From: the human T2T-CHM13v2.0 reference genome, Homo sapiens
Assembly: GCF_009914755.1 (NCBI RefSeq)
Contig: NC_060932.1
DNA: 64,000 nucleotides
Direction: 5' to 3' (one strand)
How positions within the stretch are numbered: position 1 is the first letter of the stretch; each line of letters begins with the position of its first letter. This document shows positions 1 to 14,492 of this stretch, one piece after another. The position numbers and the translations under genes are program-made. Below the pieces are notes generated by a model, which did not search any database, was not told the origin of the DNA, and worked only from the letters and a program-made list of their open reading frames with translations.

Positions 1-23
1 GGAACTTAAGACTGAGAGCCATG

Positions 24-637
<614 letters not shown>

Positions 638-815
638 TGAGAGCCATGGATTTAATGCATGCATTGATTGTGTATAAACGTAGAAACTGTCCTTTCTTGA
701 GAATTCAAGAAGTTATTTGAAGATTCCTATAATGACAAAAGCATAAGGTATGAAGATGACCGCCAATGGTTCACCTCTTCCTCCCTATTAGGCCTTATCT
801 TTCCACCTTGCATCC

Positions 816-1165
816 TATACTCGTCTGTTCTCATGTTGCTATAAGAACATACCTGGGACTGGGAAATTTATAAAGGAAAGATATTTAATTGACTCACAGT
901 TCAACATGGCTGGGTAGGCCCTAGGAAACTTATAATTATGGCAGAAGGGGAAGAAAACATGTCCTAATTCACATGGTGGCAGCAAGAAGTGCTGAGCAAA
1001 AGGGGGAAAAGCCCTTTGTAAAACCATCGGATCTCATGAGAACTTTCGTGAGAACCACCCCCATGATTCAATTATCTCCCACCGGATCCCTCCCACAACA
1101 CGTGGGGATTATGGGAACTACAATTCAAGGTGAGATTTGGGTGGGGACACAGACAAACCGTATCA
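816..1165 (-). mobile_element. THE1 (THE1C/D-like) ERVL-MaLR solo LTR
   Basis: Typical THE1 text (tttaattgactcacagttc...gagatttgggtggggacacag..aaaccgtatca). 5-bp TSD catcc at 811-815 and 1166-1170. Confidence 0.92.
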
Positions 1166-1699
1166 CATCCTAAACCCTTTGCATGAGTGAAATTGAATGT
1201 TGGCACACAACGTTTCACCTTTTGGGAGCTAGCCTTTTCTTGCTAGGGTAAAAGAATTCAGGTATTAATAAAACTAATGTGATTATATGGAAAGATTATA
1301 CAGTATGGAAGGAACATTTTAAGAACATGAGGTTAGAGATTGTGCCATGTTTCTCTTGTGGACAAGAACATAGGGGCCCATAAATGGAGATTCCTTGTTT
1401 TCCTTTAACCTTCATCTAATGTGTCTTAGGTATTACATCTCAGGATGTAAATGATAAGAGGCCATATTTATGAAAGGACTAATATTTTTGTACTTATCTT
1501 AGTGTCTGAAGGATGTAGGCCTGGTAGTTCCTCATACGGAGTAGGGTGAGGCCCTAGTCACTGTCTACTGTTAACCAAAAGAGGTGGGCAGGAACCCCTG
1601 GCCTACACACCTTTGCCATTGTAGGAAATATAGCATAGGCATTACATCTAAAGCAAGCTTTCCTAATATTACTACCCTGTTCCTAACTACCAATGGTTC

Positions 1700-1848
1700 T
1701 TTTTTTTTTTTTTTTTTTTTTGAGATGGAGTCTCACTGTTGCCCAGGCTGGAGTGCAGTGGCGCGATCCCGACTCACTGCAGGCTCTGCCCCACGGGGTT
1801 CACGCCATTCTCCAGCCTCAGCCTCCTGAGTAGCTGGGACTACAGGCG
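1700..1848 (-). mobile_element. 5'-truncated AluY-lineage element (right monomer only)
   Basis: AluY diagnostic ttcacgccattctcc, long poly(T), TSD ccaatggttcttt at 1690-1702 and 1849-1861. Confidence 0.92.
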
Positions 1849-2784
1849 CCAATGGTTCTTTATTTATGAAAAGCCCCTTGTAAAACCTGGTTCAAGTAAA
1901 ACATTTTGTGATTTATTTAATTGTTGCATATGAATAAATATAGTTTTTAAAAAGTATCAGATGAAAATGTATATCTATGAACTTACCACTATACTTAGAA
2001 GTAAAGTTATCAACATCTTTCACTCCTCTACATATTTCTCCTTTAACCCATTTTTCTGGTCCTTCTTAAAAGTAATCACTCTTAAATTTTGTGCTTATTC
2101 TGTTGTTTTAAAAAATAGTTTAAACAAATATGTGTGTACTCATAAACATAGGTTACTTTTGCTTCTTTTTGAGATATATTTAAATTTTATTGTGGTCTAC
2201 ATATTCTTCAGCAGTTTGTTTTTTTACCCAATATTATGTTTCATCTGTATTACTGCATTTACTATCCCTAGTTGATTCACTTCCCTGAAGTACAATATTC
2301 AGTTGTGTGGCTATACCATAATTTAGTTATTCATTTTGTTGTCAGTAAAATTTGGGTGATTATCAGATTTTTTTCTAGCATGAAAAATGCTACTAGGAAC
2401 ATTCGTGTATGTGTCTAATGGTATACACTTTCAAGTGTTTTTTTATATATGTGAGAGTAGATTACTTGGACCTTGAAGATGAACATGCTATCTTTTCCAG
2501 ATACTGCCAATTATTTCAGCAAGATATGAGTTCCCATCATTTTATATTTGTCAGCATTTGATATTTCCAGGCCTAGTGATTTCCAGTCATTTACTGGATA
2601 TAATATGATTATCTCTGTAGGGAGTTGATTTCCATCTCCTCAATTACTAATAAAGTTAAAAATCTTTTCATATGTTTTATTGCCATTTTTATTTCTTCTG
2701 TAAAGTACCTACTCATGGCTTTTTCTCATTTTTTGTTTGTCATCATTGAATTATAGGAGTTTTGAGAGAGTGAGCAAGCTAGTC

Positions 2785-2813
2785 TGTGTGTGTGTGTGTG
2801 TGCGTGTGTGTGT
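2785..2813. repeat. (TG)n microsatellite
   Basis: Visible TG run with one CG interruption. Confidence 0.95.
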
Positions 2814-2986
2814 ATCTCCTTAATGTGTTATATGTGATTGGAACTTCTTCTCCCACTTTGATGCTTCCTTTCTTCCCCACTTGTTTTAGGTATCTTCTGA
2901 TGAAGTGGAGTTATTTATGGTATGTTCTCAGGAGCTACAATTTTTAATTTCAATATAATCAGTGTTTTTAATTATCTTATGTTTAG

Positions 2987-3466
<480 letters not shown>

Positions 3467-5135
3467 TCATTTCATTCTTTCATGTGGATAGGCAGTTGTT
3501 CCAGAAGTATATAGTGAGGAGCTTCTTCTTTCTCTAATGATCTGCAATGTCACCTTCATCATTTATGAAGGTTGCACATATACATGGGAATTTTTTAGTC
3601 TGGCATTAAATGTTCTTCAAAAGAGTTCCTGCAAACGTTTTTGTTTTTATTTCCTACTGTTCCCTTCACGTACTCTCTACTGAACTAAACTCTGTAATGT
3701 GTCTCGAAACTGTCCCACAATTTTCCTTGTCTTAAGAGTTTAATGCTTTCATACACCTCTCACATTCAGCCTTGTGCTATTGTCTTAGGTATATTTATTT
3801 CTCTTTTGCTCCCAATTATGTTGTAAACTTTTGGAAGCAGGAAGGATATATTGTTCATCTTTGGTAGCATTAAACAATGAATACAGTGTTTTTTACTTAA
3901 TAGATATTTGGTAAATCATTGAACTAAATTGGGGTTTGGAATTGAAGGTCTTAGAAATTACCTGACCACTCCCATTATATTTGCCCATCCATGATCACTG
4001 AGATTTATAGAGATTAGATGCAATGCCCAGTTTCACATATGTTTTTGCATCACTGTCTCTTTTTTTCTTGAGCTTATTCCAGAGTGTCTTTTAATATCCA
4101 TTCCATGATCAAATGGCTGAACTATTAAAATGCTGTCCAGAAGTGTAAAGCAATATGAAGATGCTAGAAAAGTTGAAGAGACACATATATGGTAGGTCCA
4201 AGACCATTACACTTACTGAGTCCATTACTAAAAATGATGTTCACTTAACATCAAAACACTCAGGATTACCCAAGCACAATATACTGATTTGCACCTCTGC
4301 CTTTGTTCATGCCCCTTGTTCAGGAGAACTGCTTTCATGTGCTACTGTCCATAGATCTTCTCTATCCTTACAGATTAATTTCTTCCTTTTGAATGCTATG
4401 TTTCCATACTTTGACATTCCTTCTGCACCATTCAGACCATATTTTAGTTCTTTTTTATGGTATCTCTCACTTTTGATTGTCACCCCTTAAGTCAAAGACA
4501 ATTTTTTCATCTGTGTCTTCTCAACACCCAGCACAGGGCTATGTTTGGTAAAAATTAGGTATCCAAGATGTACTAAATGAAAAAATCAAAGAAGCAAAAA
4601 TTTTTGAAATTTCAAATGAGCTTATAAATAAGCTCTGTTATGTACTTATTGTAAGAAGTTTGAAAATAGAGAAAAGTATTAAAGAGAACAGAAATCTCTA
4701 AAAAATCCCAAAATAACCACCTCAGGGGAGTTCTTAAGTTAGAAGCCACATCTCTCATGGTACCCCTGTTGATCTGCAGGTCTCTGCTGGTTTCTCTTAG
4801 TCGCCACCATTTTGGAAGAGGAACATCCAGTCACTCAAGTGCTAAACTAACACTCTAGCGTTGCTCTTCTTATCATCTCAGAATGTTTGCTTCCTGGTAA
4901 CTGGTGCTAAGTATCTTGTATGTTCTGTTACACATCTTCAATGCTTTGGATAATGTCAAAATACCACATAGTTGTTATTTTTAACAACTGGTCATCCTGA
5001 GTAGACGCACCCATCCATCATAGTGACTCAAGGCCACCAGTAGCAAGCTCTTCAGAAAAGTTATGGAGTAGTACTTTGTGTTAAATGAGCTAATTAAGAG
5101 ACACAAACCAACATCATTTTTTTTTAATCTCTCAG

Positions 5136-5184
5136 GATGAGGATGTTGTGTGGATAGATTACTATTCTGATATTTAGAACAGAG
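5136..5184 (+). other. Candidate non-coding exon (49 nt)
   Basis: Acceptor ttttttttaatctctcag with a branch-point-like ctaat near 5090. Donor GAG|gtttgt. Stops in all three frames. Confidence 0.3.
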
Positions 5185-6004
5185 GTTTGTTTGTTTAAAA
5201 ATTGTATTTATTTAATCTCCCAAAACAACTGAGAAGGCTGGTTTTTCTACTCCTGGTATGCTACCATATACTAGATTTGTCTCAGCATCAGATCTTGGCT
5301 AATATGAGCTCTTCTGACAACTGTAGACACAGAGAAATTGGGGTGTGTTTAGTTAGAATATTTACTGTTCTTATGTGTGTTGAGAATATCTCAGTTGTGG
5401 TATAGCCTCACCTCTAAGCAATGACATCATGACATATATTCAAATTATATTCTGCTTTTTTTGTCTTAGATAGAAATAAACAATTACATGGAATTTTCAT
5501 AGGCAAATTAATTAAGATGAGAGCAATCAGTCTTTGCCTAGTCTCCTTCCCACCTTCTTCTCAAAGTGATTTATTAATAAACTGCATCTGAAATAATTAA
5601 GAGGTAGAAAATAAAAATCTGAAGACCATATTTCATAGCAGACTTCAATTTTATATGAAGGTCTCAATTTATTCATTCCTCCATCACCACCATCTTTCAT
5701 AGCCAAAGTACTCATCTCTAAATGGAAGGTTTCTAAAATTCCTCATCTATAGAAGTGCCTTCCCCTATGTGTATACACACATACATGGTGTTAGTGTTTT
5801 GTAGCTAATGGTTCCCTATGTAGCACGTTGAATGTGTGTTTATATTTCTTCATAAAGCACCTCGATGGCAGGGACTTGTTATTTTCTAAATCTTTGTATA
5901 CTTGTTTGGGACATTTTAGTCACTGAAGGAATAATAGATGAGTGGATGAATAGGTACCAACTACAATGAATATTTGTGGGTTAATTGAGCTCTGACTGCA
6001 TAAC

Positions 6005-6167
6005 TTTTTTTAATATACTTTAAATTCAGGGGTACCTGTGCAGAACATGCAGGTTTTTACATAGGTATACATGTGTCATGGTGGTTTGCTGCACCCATTA
6101 ACCCGTCATCTACATTAGGTATTTCTCCTAATGCTATCCCTCCCATAGCCCCGAACGCCCTGACGGG
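6005..6167 (-). mobile_element. L1PA (PA7/8-like) 3' end fragment
   Basis: ggtggtttgctgcacccattaacccgtcatctacattaggtatttctcctaatgctatccctccc is the reverse of the L1PA 3'UTR. Confidence 0.9.
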
Positions 6168-6630
6168 AGTTTTATGTGATAATATGAGTGTCTGCTATGG
6201 GCCATTCATTGTGCTAGATGCTTACCATAAAAATGTCTTCATTTGTACAATAACCTTATAAAATGAACATTATTATGTGCTTTACAAAAAAAAAAAGAAA
6301 CTAAAACTCAGGTATATACTTTCCTAAGTCCATACTTCCAAGAAGTGGAGCAGGAAGAATTTGAACACAGGGCAGCCTAACTCCAACACATATGTGCTGT
6401 CCTAGTATCATATCAAGGTGCTTCTAACTTCATAATGAAGAGGATGGACATAGAATTGTCCAGGATTCTTTGGATATATTGGATATAATATGCCTTTTAG
6501 ACCCAGCTGTAGTTTGTTTTCCAAAGTAGCTATTCCCAGCTTCTCCTTAGCCACTAGATACGGTAGGGAGTTCCCTGAGCAAATACATACTGAAATCCAT
6601 CTTTTTGGTTTTGTTTTTGGCTCTCCTGCT

Positions 6631-6949
6631 CTTTTTTTGTTTTTGTTTTTTTTTTTGTTTTTTGTTTTTTTTTGACTGAGTCTCACTCTGTTGCCAAGCT
6701 GGAGTACTGCGGCAACGTCTCGGCTCACTGCAACCTCCGATTCCCTGGTTCAAGCAATTGTCTTGCCTTAGCCTCCTGAGTAGCTGGGATTACAGGCACG
6801 CACCACCACGCCCAGCTAATTTTTTTATTTGTAGTAGAGACGGGGTTTCACCATGTTGGTCAGGTGATCACGATCTCCTGACCTCGTGATCCACCTGCCT
6901 CGGCCTCCCAAAGTGTTGAGATTACAGGCGTCAGCCAACGCGCCCAGCC
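6631..6949 (-). mobile_element. AluS (Sc/Sg-like)
   Basis: Full Alu consensus in reverse with a (T)nG-patterned tail. Confidence 0.95.
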
Positions 6950-7656
6950 TGGCTATCTCTTATATTACCTGTTTATAGATCACAGTTTTTCCTACTGTGT
7001 AACTGTCCTTGGGCACAGATTCTGTTTCCCCATTCGGTGCCTAAATAGCACAGAAATGATAGAGTCTGGCTCTCTGGGGCACTGGTCTGCCAGCAGGCAC
7101 CCTACTAGTGTTATGCTGGCTGATGACTGGACTCTAACTCTCACAGTGCTTGCTGTTTCAGGGCCTGATGCTTTCTGTACATCCAGAGGACTAGGTTTAA
7201 AATTGCAATAGTAATACCTTTTCCATGGAGTCAGTGTTATGTATGACATGACCTTGCTTTGGGCAAAGATTATGCATGCATTGATATACAAACGAATAAT
7301 AGTTGGTGGTATGAATTATACGCCAAATTGTCGCCTCAGGTAAAATCAGTAACCTGCATTTCTAACTGAGCTTTTATTGCCAGAGACTCCCTAAGACTAT
7401 TGACACCATTGGTCAGTATTACCGCAGGAGAATTCATACGTATTTAACACACCCATGCACCTTGCTAGCCAGATTGCAGATCCTATTTTATTAAGTTCTC
7501 AAAGGGAGAAAAGTGACATTGCAGAGAGGAAAATAAAAGTAAAAGTGATTAAGTAGCTTTCCTGAGTCATAACAAATTGTGAGCAATGGATCTAAATTTA
7601 TTCATTTTCAATTCATTCCAAAACAATGTATGGAGTACATTTATTGTATACACATG

Positions 7657-8058
7657 TGTCTTAATCCATTCGTGGTACTATAACAAAATGCCTTAGACTT
7701 GGTAGTTTATACATAGTAGACATTTCTTGCTCATGGTTTTGGAGGTTGGCAAGTCCAAGATATCAATGTGCCTGAGATTTGATGTCTAGGAGGGCTGCTC
7801 TCTGCTTCCAAGATGATGCTTTCTTGCTGCATCGTCACATGGAGGAAGGGAGGAACAGTGTTCTTACATGGTGGAAGGGCAAAAAAAGGGACACACTTGC
7901 TGCCTCAACCCATTTTATAAGGGGGCAAATCCTGTTTCATCAGGGCAGAGCCCTCATGGCCTAATTACCTCCCAAAGTCTCCACCTCTTCATATGGTTGC
8001 ATTGGGGATTAAATTTCAACATGATTTTTAGAGAGACACAAACATTCAAACCATAGTA
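7657..8058 (-). mobile_element. MST-type (MSTC/D-like) ERVL-MaLR solo LTR
   Basis: tgtcttaatccatt...aagtccaagat...ctctctgcttccaagatg...gccctcatggcctaattacctcccaaag...aacattcaaaccatagta. Confidence 0.85.
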
Positions 8059-8079
8059 ATATGTTATTTTTAAAAGAGA

Positions 8080-8292
8080 CAGTAGAGAATAGTGGCAGAG
8101 CACACAGTGTGGGGGATCAGACTACTTGAGTTAGGATTCACTTTTTAGTACTTATGAGCTGTGTGTCCTTAGGAAAATAATTGAACCTTTCTGTGTTTCC
8201 GTCTCCTCATCTGTAAAATGGGGATAAATAATAGTACCTACCACATCAGGGTGTTGTGAGGATTAAGCAAATTAATATATGCAAAGTATTTA
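8080..8292 (+). mobile_element. MIR SINE
   Basis: MIR core tcctcatctgtaaaatggggataaataatagtacctacc...gttgtgaggattaa. Confidence 0.88.
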
Positions 8293-9558
8293 AAATATTT
8301 ATAATAGATAATATTTTATCTACATTTATTATTAATACTACTGCTGCTGCTGTATTTGAGACACTGTGCTGGAAACTGAGATCTAGAAATAAAAGCGACT
8401 ATAGCTGCCATCAAAGATCTTTCAGTTTAGCAAGGGAGATGCCAGAATAAACTCTATAAGGAAAAGTGGGAAATGCAGGGAGTGAAACATCTCAGAGTGC
8501 TATGGCATCACAGCCAAGAGCCTCCCGAATCTTTGAAGTAGGAGTTTACCCAGAGGAAGTGATCACTGATCTGTGTGGTGAATTTTGAGTGGGAATCATG
8601 CAGAGAAGGTTTGAGAGACAGGTGATTCAGGGCAGCACCAAGAAGACCAAAGCCCGTTATCTGGAGAAGTACTCTTCCCCCTGGCTGTTTAGGTCTGTCT
8701 GGGAAGGTGCATTCAACAGAAAACAAAACCTTATATTCCATGGAAAAAGGAAAAAGATAAATGTCCTTGGGAGCAGTTAAGTGTTGGTTTGTTCTGTGGT
8801 GTTGAGCTCTAAACTCCAGTCCTTTCGATAATGTAATTCCTAACAGTGGGGTGGAGAAGGCAGAGAGAAGAAAAGCCAGTGTATTAAAGAAAAGGCTGTG
8901 GATTTCTGAAAGGAATGAGAATTCACACACCAAGGAAGAATCTTCAGAGAAGGGAGAGGAGGTGGTTGGCAGTGGCTGGCTGGTGGTTAGGATGGAAGGG
9001 GATTGGGGAGTGGACACAGATTTTACCCACATTGCAGTACTTTCCAGGGCAGAAGTGAATGCTGGCTGGACGTGAGCTACCATAATAGTTGTTTGGAAAA
9101 GAATTGGTTCCATCAGAAGTAGACGCCATGCAGATTTGAGCTGAGGCTGCTGCCTCGTGTTTTATTTTCCAGCCGTGGACTCCAGGGTGCTATATATTAT
9201 TACTCTAGATGCAGTAACTACTCCCCATCACGTTGGTAGTTCATTTTTACCTTTTCCAAGTGAACACTTTAGTCAGACTGATTTACGTTTTTTCCTCCTC
9301 TCTGAAATAGAGGAGTGCTCTTTAGCACTTTTACCCTTTGAAAATATAAAATCACTCAAGGGCTTTCATATTTTCAAAGGGCAGAAGCAACTTTAGCGAG
9401 AGAGAAGAGTGCAAAAAGCTGACTGATCTTTTTTTTTTTTTTTAAATGCTGTAATGAAAACATGTAGAAGACATATCCTGCGGGCCAGTGTATGTGGACG
9501 CTGGTAAAAAGATGGAGGAAGTGGGGAGGGGTGAGAGGGCAGGGAAGGGTACACATTT

Positions 9559-9571
9559 GGAAAGTGAAACT
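9559..9571 (+). promoter_or_regulatory. ISRE/IRF consensus site
   Basis: GGAAAGTGAAACT matches the IRF/ISGF3 consensus GAAANNGAAACT. Motif only; function not shown. Confidence 0.4.
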
Positions 9572-10154
9572 GTTCCGCTGTAGCTGGAATTTGATTTTTA
9601 TTTTTTCCTTTTAAAGTCACTGGAGGAGAAATAGTCCTTATCATTTTTCCCCCCAGGTTCATGCTAGGATACAAATAAAAAAGTGTCTCTGAAGATTTTA
9701 ATTGAGAAAACGACTGCCTCCTTCTTTGGCAATGATTTGCCAAATCTCTAACCGCTGAGAATGAAATCAACGCACCATCAGGAACTTGCCAGTGTTATTC
9801 CTGAGTGAATTTTGCCTTCAGAGTGACAGGTATAGTTATGTCTTCTCGAAAGTGCAGAGGGAACGGTTCACCTGTCAGGTGAGAAACAAATAACTTAGCC
9901 ACCAGCCAGCCCCATTACCTCAGCCTTGTACCACACCTGACATACAGTAGACACCTCTGGAGCGGTCCATCATTCCAAAGCACCATATTTTACCTAGTGA
10001 GGTGCTTACTACAAGCAGCTATAGAAAAGATCTACTGACTCAGGCTTCATTGGCAATGCTCAATTCCGAGGTGGATGGGCCATTTGCGTCGTCCACAAAG
10101 TACACACGACCAAAGTGTTATCTGCAGGAAGGGTTTTATTTATGCTTATTATTA

Positions 10155-10413
10155 TTGTTGTTGTTGTTTGAGATGGAGTCTCGCTCTATCACCCAGGCTG
10201 GAGTGCAGTGGCATGATCTGTGCTCATTGAAACCTCTGGGTTCAAGCGATTCTCCAGCCTCAGACTCCAGAGTATCTGGGACTACAGGCCCATGCGGCCA
10301 TACCGAGCTAATTGTTTGTATTTTAGTAGAGATGGGGATTCACCGTGTTGCCCAGGCTGGTCTCAAACTCCTGAGCTCAGGGAATCCACACACGTCTGCC
10401 TCGCAAAGTGCTA
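10155..10413 (-). mobile_element. Old Alu (AluJ/Sz-like), slightly 5'-truncated
   Basis: Diverged Alu consensus. TSD ttatgcttattatt/ttatgcctattatt. Confidence 0.92.
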
Positions 10414-12689
10414 GTTATGCCTATTATTAAATATAAACTTGAACAATGGCGTAGGGAGCGTGTAGCAGCTGTGACTCTTAAATGCCATTTGCCAAAAACG
10501 TTGTCTTTTTTGGGTATCCCAGTGGTTGCAGCATTAATCTACAGGCTGAGGATTAGCTCCAGACCCTGGTTCCAAGAAGGCACTCAGGACACTGATGACT
10601 GTTTCCAGAATGATCTGGGTTGGGATTTGCAGTATAATCTGATAAAGAACACACTTTGCCATTTCAGTGACTCAGAGGTATCATAATTTCCCTTTCTGTC
10701 TATTTTTTTCTTAAGCAGCCTTCACTGCTACGGTCACACCAGAAAGAATATTCTGAGTGGTAGAGTTACATTCTACTCTGAGTTTACTGCAGAGAAGCAA
10801 TTAATTGTGAAACTATGTGAGTTTTTTAGTGCTGCTTCAGATGGACTTGCGCATCAAAGGGCCGCTTAAAATTCATGCACAGTAGCAACTGTGAAGGAAC
10901 ACCTAAGACTCATAAATAAGGCAAACCTATCTTAATTTATTGCCAGTACCTTCTATACCCATTGAGCTATTCAGAACCCTGCACAATTGATGTTTCTTTC
11001 CTCCAGTTATTTCAGTAAAAAATGAACTCTATTTTATGCCACACAAGCATACTAATAAACCAGGGTTTTGCTGCTTATAAAGGCAAACTGTCACCTGTTA
11101 AAATATGTAACTGTCATAGAAAGATAAAAAAGGATCATTTAATAATGATGAACAATGTGCATGTGGCATAAATAGAATCCAAAAGGTAAACAGCAGTTTA
11201 TTATGCTAGAGCCAGCCAGAGCTATTTCTCAATGGGAGACTCTCAGTGCTCATCTTTTGTGCTCTTCCTTTTAAGGGAAATACAACCTGGCTTTGAAATG
11301 ATTTGTGTGTGTAGGGGGGTGGGGGGCGTGTGTGTATTTCACGGAGGCTCATTACCGATTCAGGATATGGACTGTTGCCCTTATACTGAAAGCAAAAAAT
11401 GGTTTTCAGGCATATGTTAACTCTGATGAGAACAATCTTAAGTGCACTATGTCACTATTTCCTTGAGTTTTATAACAGGGACCATTTAGAGGTTTCGTTG
11501 TGTTAGTAGGTTTGGGAAGGAGGTTGTTTTTAATTAAGCTCCTCAGCTGCTTTTTCGACTGTTTGAAGCCAGATATATATCTCTAGCAAGAATATGTCTG
11601 ATGCTACTAAATAAAGTCAGTGCTGGCAAAAAATAAAAGTGGGTTATTGTAGTTGTCTGGGTTTCTTGATCTCTTTTTATTGACCTGTGCAAATAATACC
11701 TCCGTGGTACAGCACTGAAAATTCTCCAGATTAAGAGGATGATTCTGGGCACTGGGACAATGTTAAATTTGTGTACATGCTCACTAAATTTTAACAGTCA
11801 TATGGGGTTCCTTGCCTCTGGTGCAATGAGTAAGAGCTTATAATGAAACTTTTTTATTAGTAGATACTTCAGTTATACTTTATTAAACTTTAGGGAATTA
11901 AAATGAAAAGAGCTTCTCCAATAAGAGTTCCTTCTCCTCTAGAGTCATTTCTCCCTCTGTTTCCAGTTAGCATGTATTTACATTGACTAATGTCTTGGAA
12001 ACTATAGTTATGGTCGGCCGAATAGATATTGACTGTTTCAAAGATTGTGTGAATATTTGCCCAATAGGCAGCCCTGTTTTCTTAAATATTTGGCCTTTCA
12101 TATTAGGTTCAATTTCAAATGATTTAAAAGCTTACTTAAGTATTGAACACAGCCAAACCAGCTTTAAAAAAACAAACAAACAAGCCTTTCCAGCACAGTT
12201 CAATGTAAGGCATTGTATTCAGTAGGAAACAGACTTTCACCCAAACCTGAAGAGCAATGATTGTACTGAAAGAATTTAGAAGGGCTTCATTGGAGAGCCA
12301 GAGGGAGCTAGTTTCTGGGATTGAGAATTACAATAACTTGGATCCCAGCTCCATTACAACCAAAATGTCCTGTTTCCAGGGAAGTTTCTTCTTTTGGAGA
12401 CTTCATTTCTCAGCAAGATGCTTAAAATAATTAAAATAATTGTGTTGCTTCTTAAAGTGATTTATAGACAGATAAACAATCCCTTCCTAAGTTCAAGATG
12501 GAATCCTGTGATACTAAATACTAGAGCAAGATTTGCCTACTTTCTCATATTCCATAGTACGATTAATCTTCAGTACCAGAAATCTATTTCTAAAAGCCTC
12601 TTGTTATTTTATCACTCCCCAAAAAGCAACAGTAGTTCCTTATTGCCATTAAGATAAGGAACAGACTTGGTAATGTGATGTATCCTCAG

Positions 12690-13070
12690 GCTACCATTCC
12701 AGTTTCATCTCTCACCACTGTCCACTCAGTACTTTATACTCCAACCACAAAACATATCATGAACTTTTCATAGCTCTGCACCTTCACATATTCTTTTTTA
12801 AGAGACAAAGTTGCTTCACCTCTCTATCAGGCTGACAAACTCCTATTTAACCCTCTAAGCCCATTTTAAAGGTGAAAACCACTGTAAATCCCTCTAATAA
12901 TTCCTCTGAATAGAATGAATCACTACCCTCTGAGACCAGTTTCTTAAAATGTGGCATTTAATTTATCAAATTACAATTAATAAATTGCTTATTTCTGTCC
13001 ATTTGCGCTAAATTTTGAGAGACTGCGTTTTAGTCATCTGTGTGTAGCACATGATACTTAATAAATTGTT
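12690..13070 (+). mobile_element. L2 3' fragment
   Basis: Degenerate L2 text (ctttatactccaaccaca..., aactcctatttaaccctctaagccca..., cacatgatacttaataaattgtt). Confidence 0.6.
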
Positions 13071-13090
13071 ATTTTTCTTAATTAAAAGCA

Positions 13091-13240
13091 TTTTTTTTTT
13101 AGAGACAGGGTCTTGCTCTGTTACCCAGGCTGGAGTGCAGTCCAGCTCACTGCAGCCTTGAACTCCTGGGTTCATGTGAGCCTCACACCTCAGCCTGCTG
13201 AGTAGCTAGGACTACAGGCTCATGCCACTGCACCTGACTA
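13091..13240 (-). mobile_element. Alu monomer (FRAM or AluJ right arm)
   Basis: agagacagggtcttgctctgttacccaggctggagtgcag...gctcactgcagccttgaactcctggg; single monomer. Confidence 0.88.
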
Positions 13241-14040
13241 AATAATTTTTGTTTCTAAGTCATAATGGAGTTTTTCTAGCCACCTAATAATGAAGCCACA
13301 CATCTGTAGCTTTGTATCTGAACAATAAGACTTTAGTATTTAAAAGATGATTTGAATAGTAAGCCTTCATAATAGTAGAGTAGATGACAGAATACAAACT
13401 GAATAAATGACCTGACCTTAGGAATTAGAATTAGGTGGCTGATTTTTGCAATTTTTCAAATCCTCCTGGATGATCATCAAGTGACAACTGACTTGCCTTG
13501 TGGCAATAAAGCAAACTTCTAGCCTCTCACTTTCATTTGACAAGTGAGAGTAAATAATATTGTCTACCCCTCCTGTACTGGCTGCAAACTCCAATAGTAT
13601 AAAATTGTCACAAGTTTATCAGAAAATAATGCACTCATGATTTTTTGCTATAATTAATACCAGTATTTATTTAATACATTTCTTAGAAAAGAAACCACTT
13701 TTATGTTTTGAGACTAAGCTTACAAATGGGTCATCCTTTGTTTGGTCCAGGCAAAAAACATAATCAAATAAGGTTTTGTGATTTGTAAGATAAAGTAGCA
13801 TTTTGGAGAGTGAAAGCATGGGCTCATCTATATCTAGCTATCGCATATAAAGACTAAATTTACAGCAAAAATTGTAGCTTATCAATTCATTAATCTATTT
13901 GCTCAGGCACTGCAGATGTTCTACGTGCAAATGAATAGAGTGGTTAAATTCTTCCACAAGCTTTCAAAGTGGGATTTGCAATACAGTCTTTTGGGGTGCA
14001 GGAGCAAAACGCCTTTTCATGTGAAATGTTTCAAGTATAT

Positions 14041-14072
14041 AATAGGACATAGAGAATAGGACATAGAGAATA
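14041..14072. repeat. 14-bp tandem duplication
   Basis: (aataggacatagag)x2 followed by aata. Confidence 0.9.
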
Positions 14073-14129
14073 CTTCGTAATGATTATTCATGTGGCTGCA
14101 CCAAGCTTTGGCCAACATCTTTTAATCTA

Positions 14130-14492
<363 letters not shown>

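Noticed and set aside
2890-2919. 30-nt open segment with acceptor and ATG|gtatgt donor (VSSDEVELFM)
   Set aside because: Lies inside a degenerate antisense L1, where such splice-like motifs are common. No other support.
8508-9113. Longest ORF (201 aa, minus strand)
   Set aside because: No recognisable domain, S/P/L/F-biased composition, partly over degenerate L2-like sequence, no promoter context. Consistent with chance.
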